Source: Acidobacteriota bacterium
GTDB taxonomy: Bacteria > Acidobacteriota > UBA6911 > RPQK01 > JAJDTT01
Assembly (NCBI GenBank): GCA_965209055.1
Contig: OZ242374.1
Coordinates: 544,001-608,000, forward strand
DNA length: 64,000 nt
Reading direction: 5' to 3'
Below, piece after piece: positions 1 through 10,069 of the stretch. Positions within the stretch are counted from its first letter, which is position 1; each line of letters opens with the position of its first letter. The translations under genes and the position numbers were made by a program. The notes under the pieces were generated by a model, which had not been told where the DNA came from, ran no database searches, and worked only from the letters and a program-made list of their open reading frames with translations.

Positions 1-340
1 AATCCAGCGGCTTGGTGACGAAGTCAAACGCTCCCCGGTTCATCGCCGTCCGGATATTCTTCATGTCCCCGTACGCCGAAATGATGACGGAACGGATGTT
101 GGGATCGACCTTGGGGATCTGCTGCAACAACGTGAGCCCATCCATTTGGGGCATGTTGATGTCTGACAGCACCATGTCGATGTCCTGCTCCTCGTTCAGG
201 CGTTCGAGAGCTTCGACACCATTTCGGGCAAACACGAAAGTGTACCGGCCGGAGCGTATTGGCCGCCGCATACGCTGAAGCATGAGCGGCTCAAGATCCG
301 GTTCGTCGTCCACCACCAGGATCTTGCACGGACGGTTCAT
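1..340 (-). CDS. Response-regulator receiver domain protein, partial (runs off the left edge); possibly the N-terminus of an RsbU/SpoIIE-type phosphatase
   Basis: Manual translation (absent from the ORF track): [17 protein letters not shown]...[15 protein letters not shown]...ISAYGD...[10 protein letters not shown], with the REC motifs VDD, D-x-x-M-P-x-M-D-G and KP. An alternative GTG start lies at 364. The phosphatase idea rests only on the adjacent STAS gene. Confidence 0.85.
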   Translation of the reverse strand, partial: MNRPCKILVVDDEPDLEPLMLQRMRRPIRSGRYTFVFARNGVEALERLNEEQDIDMVLSDINMPQMDGLTLLQQIPKVDPNIRSVIISAYGDMKNIRTAMNRGAFDFVTKPLD

Positions 341-536
341 CAGGTCCAAATCATTCGTTCCCACTTCATGTCTCCCGTAGACTCCGGCGCAAGCCTACTC
401 GTTCCGAAAATCCATACACCACGCCGGGAGCCGGTCGCAGCAATTACGTCCGTTTCCCGGCATTGGCCGCCATTGGGGGCCAGAAATTCTCATTATGCGA
501 CGTTGTCGCCACCTGTCTGACGGATGCGCCCCCCAA

Positions 537-896
537 TCAAGGGTACTTGGGGACTGCCTGCTCGCCAAGGGCGGCGAGCGCATCGGAACGGGTCTCAAGG
601 GTCGGGATGATCCGGTTGAAACCACTGATCTCAAAGACCTCGTTGATTGATTCCGAGAGCGAACAGACCACGAACTTCCCGCCCCGCCCCTGGAGAATTT
701 TTGCAGCCATCAAAATGACCCGAAGACCCGCGCTGCTGATGTAGGAGAGAGACTGCAGATCCAGGATCAACAAACTGTCATCCTTGCCGAGCGCCGCATG
801 CAGGGCATTCTCGAATTCACGCGCGTTGGCGCCATCGATACGGCCCACGGCCCGGGCGATCAAGGCGCCACCTTCCCGCTCCGCGTGAACCTCCAT
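537..896 (-). CDS. STAS-domain anti-sigma factor antagonist (RsbV/SpoIIAA-like)
   Basis: GRIDGANAREFE...LILDLQSLSYISSAGLRVIL...EVFEISGF; the phosphorylatable Ser motif is present. Start trimmed to MEVHAE, which follows a GGGAG RBS-like sequence. Confidence 0.9.
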   Translation of the reverse strand: MEVHAEREGGALIARAVGRIDGANAREFENALHAALGKDDSLLILDLQSLSYISSAGLRVILMAAKILQGRGGKFVVCSLSESINEVFEISGFNRIIPTLETRSDALAALGEQAVPKYP

Positions 897-1085
897 CAAA
901 TAGACTCCCTGAAAATATGGGCCGGATATTCGCTTCTGCCCGGGGACAACGTAACCGCACGGAATCATAGCAAAGCCATTCCCGGTTCACAATTCGCTCC
1001 AAACAGCCTGGCCGGCGAATTTCGTCCGGCCGGTTGCGTGGGTTTCTCAAGGAACATTGACACATGACGTCTCCCGGGAGCCTCG

Positions 1086-2501
1086 TTGACCCGAATTTGG
1101 TATTGCCGCGGCTGGGCAGTATCCTGGCCAGACTGTCCGTGGCGAACTTCCCCGCGGACCAATCTGGGAGGCCACGTCGTGAGATCCGTTCCAACTCAAA
1201 TTCGCGCATTCAGGAGCGTTGCTGCGAGCCGGCCCCGGATCGGGTGCCTGTTGCTCTTGTCCGGCGTCCTGGCGGGGTGCCAGACCGGCCAGGTTCCCGC
1301 GGACGCCCCGCCGGGGAGGGTTTCCACCCCTGACCCGGGTCCGGTTCGTTTCACCGAGCACCTGATCATGGACGGCTACGCCTATCCCTACGGCATCTGG
1401 GCCGCCGACCTGGACAAGGACGGAGACCTGGACCTGACCAGTGCGGATTACACTCCCGCCAACGACCTCTACTGGTTCCGAAATGACGGTTCCGGCACCT
1501 TCACGCGCCGCTTCATCCAGAAGGACGATCCGGAGCGGCTGGAGCGGCACATGGTGAGCGACGTCAACCAGGACACCCACCCCGATGTCGTGATCGTCAA
1601 GAATCTGTACGGTCACCTCCTCTGGTTCCAGAATCCCGGAAACCACGACACCCCGGAACTGTGGAAGCGGCACGTCATCACCACGCGGCTGGCCGGCGCC
1701 TACAACGTCGCGGTCTCGGACCTGGACGGCGACGGCGATCCGGACGTGGCCGCCTCCTCCTGGAGGATGGGGAACCAGTTCGCCTGGTTCGAGAACCCGG
1801 GGACGCTGTGCAATGGTCCGCCGACTCAACTCTGTTATGAAGAGGGGCAGGAGTGGCCCAAGCACTTGATTGACGCCAACGTTGCCGAGACCCGTTGCAT
1901 CCGGGTGGCCGACGTGGACGGCGACGGCGACGAAGACCTCATGGGAACGGCGGCCGCCGACGGGCTGGTCCTCTGGTACGAAAACAGCGGCGATCCGGTA
2001 TCCCGGCCCTGGAAGCGTCACCTCATAGACGACCCTGTCCGACCCGCGCACGGGAATCCGGTCGACATGGATGGTGACGGCGATCCGGATCTGGTTCTGG
2101 CCCTGGGCATGGGCGTGCGGCCGGGCGCGGAGGACCGGTCCGGAGTCGTCTGGTACGAAAACGACGGCACCCCCGGCGACGGCCCGTGGCCCCGGCACAC
2201 CATCCTGGAACCTCTTCCCGGCGCCTTCGAGGCGGTGGCGGGCGATCTGGACGGCGACGGCGACCCGGACGTGGCGGCCACGGCGTGGGGCCCCGCAGGG
2301 CAGGTCGTCTGGCTCGAGAATCCCGGGAACCCCCGGTCGAAGTGGCCCGCCCACTCCCTGAAGACTTCCTGGCCCCGCGCCAATATGGTCATCATGGCCG
2401 ATTTGGATGGGGACCAGGATCTGGACGTGGCGGCCGTGGCCGAGATCGGAAGCAACGAGTTCCGCTGGTGGCAAAACCAAGGCGCGGGAGCCGGGGATTG
2501 A
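1086..2501 (+). CDS. FG-GAP/VCBS-repeat beta-propeller lipoprotein
   Basis: About 7 repeats of DxDGDGDxD...W(F/Y)EN; lipobox-like LAGC. True start is uncertain. Confidence 0.85.
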   Translation: MTRIWYCRGWAVSWPDCPWRTSPRTNLGGHVVRSVPTQIRAFRSVAASRPRIGCLLLLSGVLAGCQTGQVPADAPPGRVSTPDPGPVRFTEHLIMDGYAYPYGIWAADLDKDGDLDLTSADYTPANDLYWFRNDGSGTFTRRFIQKDDPERLERHMVSDVNQDTHPDVVIVKNLYGHLLWFQNPGNHDTPELWKRHVITTRLAGAYNVAVSDLDGDGDPDVAASSWRMGNQFAWFENPGTLCNGPPTQLCYEEGQEWPKHLIDANVAETRCIRVADVDGDGDEDLMGTAAADGLVLWYENSGDPVSRPWKRHLIDDPVRPAHGNPVDMDGDGDPDLVLALGMGVRPGAEDRSGVVWYENDGTPGDGPWPRHTILEPLPGAFEAVAGDLDGDGDPDVAATAWGPAGQVVWLENPGNPRSKWPAHSLKTSWPRANMVIMADLDGDQDLDVAAVAEIGSNEFRWWQNQGAGAGD

Positions 2502-2514
2502 GGGAGGGTCGGAC

Positions 2515-3891
2515 TCAGGCGTAATCGAACAGCGGCGGGAAGCCGACCGCCACGAAACCGGCCCAGACCGCATAGACCGGAAGATACGCCGTCTGCCAGC
2601 GCTCCAGAGCGAGGAACGAACCGCGTCCGACCAGGAAGCGCCCGTAGATCCAGGCCGACCACGCCAGATTGACCAGCAAAATCAGGTTCTCGCCCAGCGC
2701 TGCCACCCGGTTGGGGCTGAATCCGAACTCGGAGATGCGAGTCGCGATGGCCGCCAGAGCCAGAAGGTCGACGATCAGAGCGCTGACCACCAGCACGAAT
2801 TGCAGCACGTCGAAGGCATCCGGCGGCGTCTTCGGGTCACGTGCCGACACGGCATAGAGCAACAGGCCCAGCACCAGCGCCAGCAGCAAATCGAAACCGA
2901 TCAGCACTTCCCGCTCCACGTCGATGCCGCTGCCGGTCCAGGCCATGGTCGCCAGAAAGGCCAGCAGGACCAGGGTGAACAGGGGGGTGAACAGACGCGT
3001 CAGGACGGGCGCCATGTTTTCGATGACGCTCTGCTTGGCCTCCACCAGCCAGGCCCCGATGATGACGGCCCCCGCGGCGCCGCAGGGCAGCAGCCACTTC
3101 TCGGCCAGCCCCTCCACATCGAGGCCGATGGATTTGAACATGACCCCGGTGAAGCCCGTCAGCACGACTCCGCCCAAGGCGATCAGCACGTAGTAGATGA
3201 ACAACTCGCCGGAGAAACGGATGAAGTCCATGCGCCCGCCCCCGCGGCGCCAACGTCCGCCCGCGTAGGCGATTCCCACGACCAGCCAGAGCGCGATCGG
3301 CAGGTGAAGCGCCGCGAGCACCTCCGTGTGCCCGCCGGCCTTGAAGGGGAGAAGGTTCATGAAGAGGGCCGCCGCGACGAAGGGGAGCGCCAACCAGAGG
3401 CAACGGAGATCGAGAGTGCGCCGTTTCCAGACGAAGTAGCCCGTGAGGAGAGGCAAGACCAGGAGGCTGATGTTCCGGGGGTAGAATCCGTCGCCGTAGC
3501 CGATTTGGGAGTGGCCGAAGAGTTCGGGCGCCTTGACGGCCAGCGCGGCGGCCACGGCCACGCAGACGGCCACCGCCGTCTCCACAAACCCGGCCCGGCC
3601 CGGCTCGCCGCCTTCCCCGTTCACCAGCACCAGTTGTTTCCAGAGACGCTCCGAATGCTCCCGCGCGAACTCGCGCGAAAGAGCGTCCAGGCTGCCCATC
3701 CGCTTGACTCCCAACAGAAAGGCTTCGTCCGGCGCCAACCCGGCGTCGATCAACTCCTTCACCTGTTCCCGCAGATGGCTCTCCAGCTCTTCCACGTCCG
3801 GGTCGAAGATGGCCCGGCGGCGGCGCAGATAGGCGCGCCACTCCGCGATCTGTCCCTCCAGAGCCTCCCGTTGTCGACCGGATGCGGACAT
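2515..3891 (-). CDS. Permease-prefix-domain membrane protein (DUF4153-like), PadR partner
   Basis: N-terminal VEELESHLREQVKELIDAGLAPDEAFLLGVKRMG, then many TM segments; starts 5 nt after the padR-family gene. Confidence 0.8.
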   Translation of the reverse strand: MSASGRQREALEGQIAEWRAYLRRRRAIFDPDVEELESHLREQVKELIDAGLAPDEAFLLGVKRMGSLDALSREFAREHSERLWKQLVLVNGEGGEPGRAGFVETAVAVCVAVAAALAVKAPELFGHSQIGYGDGFYPRNISLLVLPLLTGYFVWKRRTLDLRCLWLALPFVAAALFMNLLPFKAGGHTEVLAALHLPIALWLVVGIAYAGGRWRRGGGRMDFIRFSGELFIYYVLIALGGVVLTGFTGVMFKSIGLDVEGLAEKWLLPCGAAGAVIIGAWLVEAKQSVIENMAPVLTRLFTPLFTLVLLAFLATMAWTGSGIDVEREVLIGFDLLLALVLGLLLYAVSARDPKTPPDAFDVLQFVLVVSALIVDLLALAAIATRISEFGFSPNRVAALGENLILLVNLAWSAWIYGRFLVGRGSFLALERWQTAYLPVYAVWAGFVAVGFPPLFDYA

Positions 3892-3896
3892 TTGCT

Positions 3897-4265
3897 TCAG
3901 CTCTCCTGCGCCTGCGGCTGCCAAGTCGCCGTCCAGGACCTCTCGTGCCAGACGGCCCGAAGCGTGGCGTCCACCACTTGCCACTGCCGCCGCTGGAGCT
4001 CCAGTTGCGTCCGTCCCCGCCGGCTGATCCGATAGTACTTGCGCCTCCGTCCGCTCCTGGAGGTCTCCCACCGCGTCTCGACGTAGCCGAGCCGATCCAT
4101 TCGGTGCAGCACCGGATAGAGCATGCCGTCCGTCCATTGCAACTGCCCTCCGGAGAGCTCCCGGACACGCCTGAGTATGGCGTAACCGTAGCTGTCCCCC
4201 TCGGCCAAAATCGCCAGTACCAGCGGCGTCGCCGAAGCCGCCACCAGGTCCTTGCTGAAATTCAT
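3897..4265 (-). CDS. PadR-family transcriptional regulator
   Basis: LAILAEGDSYGYAILRRV...GMLYPVLHRM...RRKYYRIS, a PadR winged-helix signature. Confidence 0.92.
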   Translation of the reverse strand: MNFSKDLVAASATPLVLAILAEGDSYGYAILRRVRELSGGQLQWTDGMLYPVLHRMDRLGYVETRWETSRSGRRRKYYRISRRGRTQLELQRRQWQVVDATLRAVWHERSWTATWQPQAQES

Positions 4266-4309
4266 TTGGCCTCGCCTCCCGCGCGGACGGCGACAGAGTC
4301 CATGGCTTG

Positions 4310-4350
4310 ATACATAGAAGAATAATGCATTGTACTTCTATGTATGTCAA
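4310..4350 (-). promoter_or_regulatory. 36-bp palindromic operator overlapping a sigma70-like promoter of the padR operon
   Basis: ATACATAGAAG-aat-AATGCATT-gta-CTTCTATGTAT at 4310-4345, with 16 of 18 pairs symmetric. The minus strand reads TTGACA-17 bp-CATTAT. Confidence 0.75.
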
Positions 4351-4409
4351 CCCCTTGGAACGACTTTCGGTGCGCGGCACCTGGCGCCGATAGTAGAATT
4401 CCCCCCGTG

Positions 4410-5945
4410 ATGCGCCTGATTGCGGCTTCGTTGCCGCTGTTGCTGCTGCTGGCCGGATTCGGCCCGGCTGCCGCCAAGCCACCCAACATCCTCTTCATCT
4501 TCACCGACGACCACGCCTACCAGGCCGTCGGGGCCTATGGCTCCAAGCTGAACCGGACCCCCAACATCGACCGGATCGCCCGGGAGGGAATGCGGTTCGA
4601 CCGGGCGCTGGTCACCAATTCCATCTGCGCCCCGAGCCGGGCCGTGATCCTCACCGGCAAGTACAGCCACCTCAACGGCGTCCTGAACAACCTCCTGCCG
4701 TTCGACGGCTCGCAGCAGACCTTTCCCAAGCTGCTGCAGGAGGCCGGGTACCAGACGGCCGTCTTCGGCAAATGGCATCTGAAGTCGGCGCCCACCGGCT
4801 TCGACGATTGGGAAGTGCTGCCGGGACAGGGGGCGTACTACAACCCGGACATGCGGGTCGGTCCGGACGACAGGCGCCGCCGGCATACCGGATACACCAC
4901 GGACATCGTCACGGACCTCTCGCTGGAATGGCTCAAGAACCGGAACCCGGGCCAGCCCTTCCTGCTCATGAGCCAACACAAGGCGCCGCACCGCCACTGG
5001 ATGCCCGGACCGGAGCACCTGACCCTCTATGACGGCGAGCAGATGTGGGAACCGCCGACCCTGTTCGACGACTACTCGGGACGGGCATCGCCGGCGGCCG
5101 CCAACCGGATGGAGATCGGACGGCACATGACCGCCCACGACCTGAAGTTCCGGCCTCCCCCGGGAACACCCCGGGACGACCCCTTCATGATCCGCTGGAA
5201 CCGGACCTACGGAAGGATGAACCCGGATCAGAAAGCGGTCTGGGACGCCATCTACCAGCCCAAGAACGAGGCCTTCCAGGCGGCGAACCTGACGGGGAAG
5301 GAACTCGTCCGCTGGAAGTACCAGCGCTACATCAAGGACTACCTGCGCTGCATCGCTTCCGTCGACGACAACGTCGGGCGCCTCCTCCGCTATCTGGACG
5401 CCACCGGCCTGTCCCGGAACACGGTCGTGGTCTACAGCTCCGACCAGGGCTTCTACCTGGGAGAGCACGGCTGGTTCGACAAGCGCTGGATGTACCGGGA
5501 GTCGCTGCGGACCCCGCTGGTGATCCGGTGGCCCGGTGCGGTCGAGCCCGGCTCGACCAGCCGCGAACTGGTCTCGAACCTGGATTACGCCGCCACGTTT
5601 CTCGAGATGGCCGGTATCCGGGTCCCGCCCCGAATGCAGGGCCGCAGCCTGGTGCCCATCCTCAAAGGCGCGCCGCCCCGGAATTGGCGGCGGTCCTTCT
5701 ACTACCACTACTATGAGAGCCAATTGGCTCACGGCGTCCCGGCGCACGAAGGGGTGCGGACCGCACGTTACAAACTGATCCGGTTCTACGAGAGCGGCGA
5801 GTGGGAGTTGTTCGACTTGGAGCGGGACCCGCAGGAGCTGCGGAGCCTGTACGGGAGGGAGGGCACGGAACGGATCACCGCGGAACTGAAGGCTGAGCTC
5901 GAACGCCTGCGCGAAGCGTACGGCGTCTCCGAACCTCCGTTGTGA
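4410..5945 (+). CDS. Secreted formylglycine-dependent sulfatase (N-acetylglucosamine-6-sulfatase-like)
   Basis: Signal peptide; [39 protein letters not shown] and DKRWMY motifs. Confidence 0.93.
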   Translation: MRLIAASLPLLLLLAGFGPAAAKPPNILFIFTDDHAYQAVGAYGSKLNRTPNIDRIAREGMRFDRALVTNSICAPSRAVILTGKYSHLNGVLNNLLPFDGSQQTFPKLLQEAGYQTAVFGKWHLKSAPTGFDDWEVLPGQGAYYNPDMRVGPDDRRRRHTGYTTDIVTDLSLEWLKNRNPGQPFLLMSQHKAPHRHWMPGPEHLTLYDGEQMWEPPTLFDDYSGRASPAAANRMEIGRHMTAHDLKFRPPPGTPRDDPFMIRWNRTYGRMNPDQKAVWDAIYQPKNEAFQAANLTGKELVRWKYQRYIKDYLRCIASVDDNVGRLLRYLDATGLSRNTVVVYSSDQGFYLGEHGWFDKRWMYRESLRTPLVIRWPGAVEPGSTSRELVSNLDYAATFLEMAGIRVPPRMQGRSLVPILKGAPPRNWRRSFYYHYYESQLAHGVPAHEGVRTARYKLIRFYESGEWELFDLERDPQELRSLYGREGTERITAELKAELERLREAYGVSEPPL

Positions 5946-5960
5946 TGGCGGGGCTGAATG

Positions 5961-7712
5961 TCAGGACCCCGTTCTGACGATGATCTCGCAGCTCTCCAGG
6001 GTGGGCCAGGGCGCGCGACGATGGGTGTGCTCCTCCGGCGTCTTTTTTCCCTCCAGCACCACGAGGACGGTATTGACTCCACCCTTCACCGGCGGGTTCT
6101 CCACCACCAGCCACTCCTCCCCCTTCCGGTTCCGGATCCTGCCGGCGGACGCGAGATCGACCCCTTCCCCGTTGACTTCACAGCGGACGCGCCCCAGCGA
6201 TTTCTCCACGTGGGTCAGACGCAGACGCAACTCGGTCTTCCGGATTCTGCCGTCGGCCCGGCCCGCCGCGATGTCGTCATCCACGCGGATCCGAATGGCA
6301 TGAGCCGGCCCGGCGCCCCGGCCCGCGAGAGACAGTTGCTGGGGTACCTGGGGCGGATAGTCCCCGGGAAAGTTCATGGCGCGGGATTCGGCATAGTAGC
6401 AGCGGTCCAGACGCTCCAAGGCCTTGGCGTCTCCCAGGTCCTTCAGGTCCTGTAGATCGGACGCGGTGAAATGGCCCGGCCTGTCGGTCCCCACCGGCTT
6501 GGCCACCACTTCGGCGGCTTCCGGAACGGGACTCTGGCGATGACTTCGGTAGCCGTAGTTGAAGAGATGGACCCCGGCGGCCCCCTGCTTGTAGCCGTTC
6601 AAGGCCGACGCCCTCAATACCGTGACCGGATTCCGTTCGTACCCCCCCTGGGGCGATGCCGCGTGAGTCGAGGAGTCGAATCCGGTGTAGACGAGGACCC
6701 CGCTCCCCGATGCCGCCGCGACGGCCCGCTCGATGTCGATGCGCTGCACGCAGTAGGAAGGAGAACCCAGGATCACGGCATCCACCAGTCCTTCCCCGAT
6801 CCAGGTTTCGAGATCGAAACCCAGCTCCAGAGCGGCGTCGATGCTGACGGGAACCCGGGCGATGAGCTTGAGCTCCCTTCCTTTTCCCGACTGCTTCCGG
6901 CGGACGATCTCCCGGGCGTTCCGCATGAACCCGGTCAGCGTCGGGATGTTCCGGAACCGCTCCCCGGTTCGAAACAGTAGACCGCCACGGCCGAAATCCA
7001 GCTCCAGTCCATCGAAGTCGTAGCGGGTCAATACCTCCTCGAAAAGGCCCAGAAAGCGGTCTCGCACCTCTTGCTTGGAGTAGTCCCACTGCCAGGAAAA
7101 GTTCCACCGGCCGGCTTGGCCGGGTCCCCACCAGACCGGATGGCCCAGCAGCAGGTCGGTCCTCTCCAGCTTTTGGACGGACCGGCCGTACCACCCCCGG
7201 TCCTCGAGATTGACGTGGGCGTCGTTCATGCGGAAGGAGGCGAACATTCCCAGATTCAGCTCTCGTGCCCGGTCGATATAGATCTTCAGGAGATCGTGGC
7301 CGTCGTCGGCCACCGCGGCCAGGTTCCGGTGCAGGCGCTCCACGTCGGACATGCTCATGCCGCCCACAGAAGCCACGGCGGTGTCGTCGTCCGGGTCCCA
7401 GTCCTCGATGTTGTCGCCCCAGAGCTCGCCGTGCGGGCTCCCGCGCCAGGAGAGATCGTCGTCGATTCCCACCAGGACGGTGACGATGTCCACCGCGGTT
7501 CCCTGGAGCGCATCCAGAATCACGGTCAGGTCCCGGGGGTCGCGGTTGGCCAGGTAGTTGAAGGCCCAGTTGCCGTCGGTGTTGTAGATGATGCGGGGAG
7601 GCCAGTTGGGAGTCGGCTCCGGGGCCGTCTCAGTTTCCCGCGGCACCTGGCAGGCGGCCACGGTCAAGAGCACGGACGACAGGATCAAGAGACACTTGCG
7701 CCAACGATTCAT
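5961..7712 (-). CDS. Lipoprotein with a glycoside-hydrolase-like TIM-barrel (GHL10-like)
   Basis: Lipobox VAAC; RIIYNTDG, ASFRMNDAH, RYDFDGLELDF and GVHLFNY motifs. Confidence 0.65.
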   Translation of the reverse strand: MNRWRKCLLILSSVLLTVAACQVPRETETAPEPTPNWPPRIIYNTDGNWAFNYLANRDPRDLTVILDALQGTAVDIVTVLVGIDDDLSWRGSPHGELWGDNIEDWDPDDDTAVASVGGMSMSDVERLHRNLAAVADDGHDLLKIYIDRARELNLGMFASFRMNDAHVNLEDRGWYGRSVQKLERTDLLLGHPVWWGPGQAGRWNFSWQWDYSKQEVRDRFLGLFEEVLTRYDFDGLELDFGRGGLLFRTGERFRNIPTLTGFMRNAREIVRRKQSGKGRELKLIARVPVSIDAALELGFDLETWIGEGLVDAVILGSPSYCVQRIDIERAVAAASGSGVLVYTGFDSSTHAASPQGGYERNPVTVLRASALNGYKQGAAGVHLFNYGYRSHRQSPVPEAAEVVAKPVGTDRPGHFTASDLQDLKDLGDAKALERLDRCYYAESRAMNFPGDYPPQVPQQLSLAGRGAGPAHAIRIRVDDDIAAGRADGRIRKTELRLRLTHVEKSLGRVRCEVNGEGVDLASAGRIRNRKGEEWLVVENPPVKGGVNTVLVVLEGKKTPEEHTHRRAPWPTLESCEIIVRTGS

Positions 7713-7749
7713 CTTTGCATCCTCTGCAGGCTGTGCCAGCCCCGGTCCG

Positions 7750-9225
7750 TCACCGGCGCGGCGGACGGCGGCAGTAGAAGCCGTAGACGGTCGCCTGGTC
7801 CAGGTAGAGCTTGAGCCGGACCGTCCCCTTGCGCAGGTGCTGCTTCAGCTCCTCCTGCCCGGTCCAATGAACCGGCAACCGGCTTCCCTTGCCCCGAATC
7901 GGCCGGCAGTCGTCTCGGGAGAAGCCCTCCAGGACCCGCCCCGAGCCGTCCAGCAGCTCGGCCCGGATGGATCCCTCCCCCGCGTCGGCATTGAGGAAAA
8001 ACCGGCTGCGGCTGTCCCGAATCCGAAGCGGGTGGGTGAGAAGACTCCCTTGGGACGCCGCTTTCCGTCCCACGAAGGCGCCGCGGCCCAGGAAGGCCAC
8101 GCCGATGCCCCGCTCTCCCGTGCCGTCGTGGGCGGGCCTGGTGCTCCCCTGGTAGAAGAGGGCGGTCTCGCCTCCGATGGACGCATCGGCGGGAATGGGC
8201 ATGACGTGCCCGCCGTCCCACTCCCCCTCTTGCGAAGTCCCCAGGAAGGGCCGGCGGAAACGATGCCATTCGATGCCGTCCCGGCTCGTCCCCAACTCTC
8301 CGTACATGGCGTGGGTGACCTCGTCGAACCCGGCGGTGAGCATGAAGTAGGCGTTGCGAGCCCCCGCGTACTTGAAGATCCCCGGAGTGTAGAGATGCCA
8401 GGTGGGGGGATCCTGCTCGTCCGGAGTGTGGATGGTCACCGGCCTTGACCAGTGGTACCCGTCGGGACTGGTGGCCCGGGATATCGAGCGCCGGCTGCCC
8501 ACGTGACTGCGGAAATAGCCCACGTAGGCTCCGGCGATATCGTCCCAGAAGAAGATGTTCCGGGTATCGAAGGGACCCAGCCGGTTGCCGAATTCGGGAA
8601 TCGTCCAATGGATTCCGTCGGGGGAATGGGCCATGGCGGCGCCGCGTCCCCGGAAGTCCCATCGCTGCAGCATCATCTTGTAGCGGCGCGACGGATCGGA
8701 GGCGGCATAGTCCTTCTCCACCCAGTAGGACGGCGTCCCCCGAATCCCTTCGTGCTCGTAGAAGAGGATGTTGTTCCGGGTGGAGCCGTCGTGCTCCACG
8801 ATCCCCAGTTCCGGTTTTTCCCAGACCAGCCCGTCGGGAGACGTGGCGTAGAGGCACCAGCTCTCGTTCCCTCCGCCCCCCGCCTTGGGCCGGATGATCT
8901 GGTACCACATCTTGAAGAGACCCTCTTCCCGGTCCTGGAGCACACAGGTGTAGTTGAGGATTCCCACTTCCCAGGGGCGGTCCTTGACCAGGATCGGATT
9001 CCCGGGATGTCTCCTCACCGTTGCCGGGGCCAGCACCAGGCCCTGACTCCGGTCCACGATCGTGTCGTCGTGAAGGAACAGCTCTTCCAGGTTGTACTCC
9101 GGCCCGACGTGGACGACGCGGCCCCCCTCTCCCGGAGGTTCGGCATGAAGTCCGGCAGAGAACGGCAGGACCGCCTGGACGATCCACAACAGCAAAACGA
9201 TCCGGATTCGAGAAGGTGTGCGCAT
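7750..9225 (-). CDS. Secreted five-bladed beta-propeller, GH32/GH43-like hypothetical protein
   Basis: Signal peptide; HPGNPIL, YATSPDGLVWEKP, S-x-DG-x-x-W repeats, GEWDGG, and a probable C-terminal beta-sandwich. Confidence 0.7.
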   Translation of the reverse strand: MRTPSRIRIVLLLWIVQAVLPFSAGLHAEPPGEGGRVVHVGPEYNLEELFLHDDTIVDRSQGLVLAPATVRRHPGNPILVKDRPWEVGILNYTCVLQDREEGLFKMWYQIIRPKAGGGGNESWCLYATSPDGLVWEKPELGIVEHDGSTRNNILFYEHEGIRGTPSYWVEKDYAASDPSRRYKMMLQRWDFRGRGAAMAHSPDGIHWTIPEFGNRLGPFDTRNIFFWDDIAGAYVGYFRSHVGSRRSISRATSPDGYHWSRPVTIHTPDEQDPPTWHLYTPGIFKYAGARNAYFMLTAGFDEVTHAMYGELGTSRDGIEWHRFRRPFLGTSQEGEWDGGHVMPIPADASIGGETALFYQGSTRPAHDGTGERGIGVAFLGRGAFVGRKAASQGSLLTHPLRIRDSRSRFFLNADAGEGSIRAELLDGSGRVLEGFSRDDCRPIRGKGSRLPVHWTGQEELKQHLRKGTVRLKLYLDQATVYGFYCRRPPRR

Positions 9226-9312
9226 GGATGAGGCCTCCCAATGGGTCGGGGTCGAATCGACGCCGACCTTGCGGCATTTGGAAATCCGAGTCAAGTTTCT
9301 TCATCAGGTAGA

Positions 9313-10065
9313 ATGGCCGCACCCATGAGTGGCTTCGCAGTGCTTCTTTACGGGGCCACGTCCTACGGCGTCGCCCTCGCCACCGTTCTCTATACCGCCG
9401 GGTTCGTGGGCAACCTGATGGTCCCCAAGAGCATCGACTCCGGGACCCCGTATCCCCTGTCGGATGCGATTCCGGTGAATGCCGGCCTGCTGGGACTTTT
9501 CGCCCTCCAGCACAGCGTCATGGCCCGGCCCGGGTTCAAGGCCGTCTGGACCCGGATCGTGCCCGAGCCGTTGGAGCGGAGCACTTACGTCCTCCTGACC
9601 AGCGGCGTCCTGGCAGTCATGTTCTGGCAATGGCGGCCCGTGCCCGAACCGGTCTGGCAGGTGGAACATGGAGCCGGAGTCCTGTTTTTGTCCGCACTCT
9701 CATGGCTGGGTTGGGGGATCGTAGCCCTGTCGGCGGCCATGATCGGCCATCTCGACCTGTTCGGCCTGCGCCAAGCCTATTTCCGGTTCAAGCGGCGGGA
9801 AATCCCGCCCGACCGCTTTCGAACGCCGGGTTTCTACCGGCTCGTGCGCCATCCGCTCATGCTGGGACTCATCGTCGCCTTCTGGGCCACTCCCGTGATG
9901 AGCGCCGGACACCTGATGTTCGCCGCGGCCGCCACCGGCTACATCCTCCTGGCCCTTCCCCTGGAGGAGCGCGACCTCATGACGCGGCACGGCGACGACT
10001 ACCGCCGGTACCGGAAGAGGGTCCCGATGCTGGTGCCCACCCGAATTCTCAAAGACCAGGAGTAA
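9313..10065 (+). CDS. mddA: Methanethiol S-methyltransferase (isoprenylcysteine carboxylmethyltransferase-like membrane protein)
   Basis: GFVGNLMVPKSIDSG, LFALQHSVMARPGFK, ERSTYVL, LFGLRQ, YRLVRHPLMLG and LEERDL...YRRYRKRVPML match MddA-family motifs as I recall them. Alternative start at 9325. Confidence 0.8.
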   Translation: MAAPMSGFAVLLYGATSYGVALATVLYTAGFVGNLMVPKSIDSGTPYPLSDAIPVNAGLLGLFALQHSVMARPGFKAVWTRIVPEPLERSTYVLLTSGVLAVMFWQWRPVPEPVWQVEHGAGVLFLSALSWLGWGIVALSAAMIGHLDLFGLRQAYFRFKRREIPPDRFRTPGFYRLVRHPLMLGLIVAFWATPVMSAGHLMFAAAATGYILLALPLEERDLMTRHGDDYRRYRKRVPMLVPTRILKDQE

Positions 10066-10069
10066 AACG

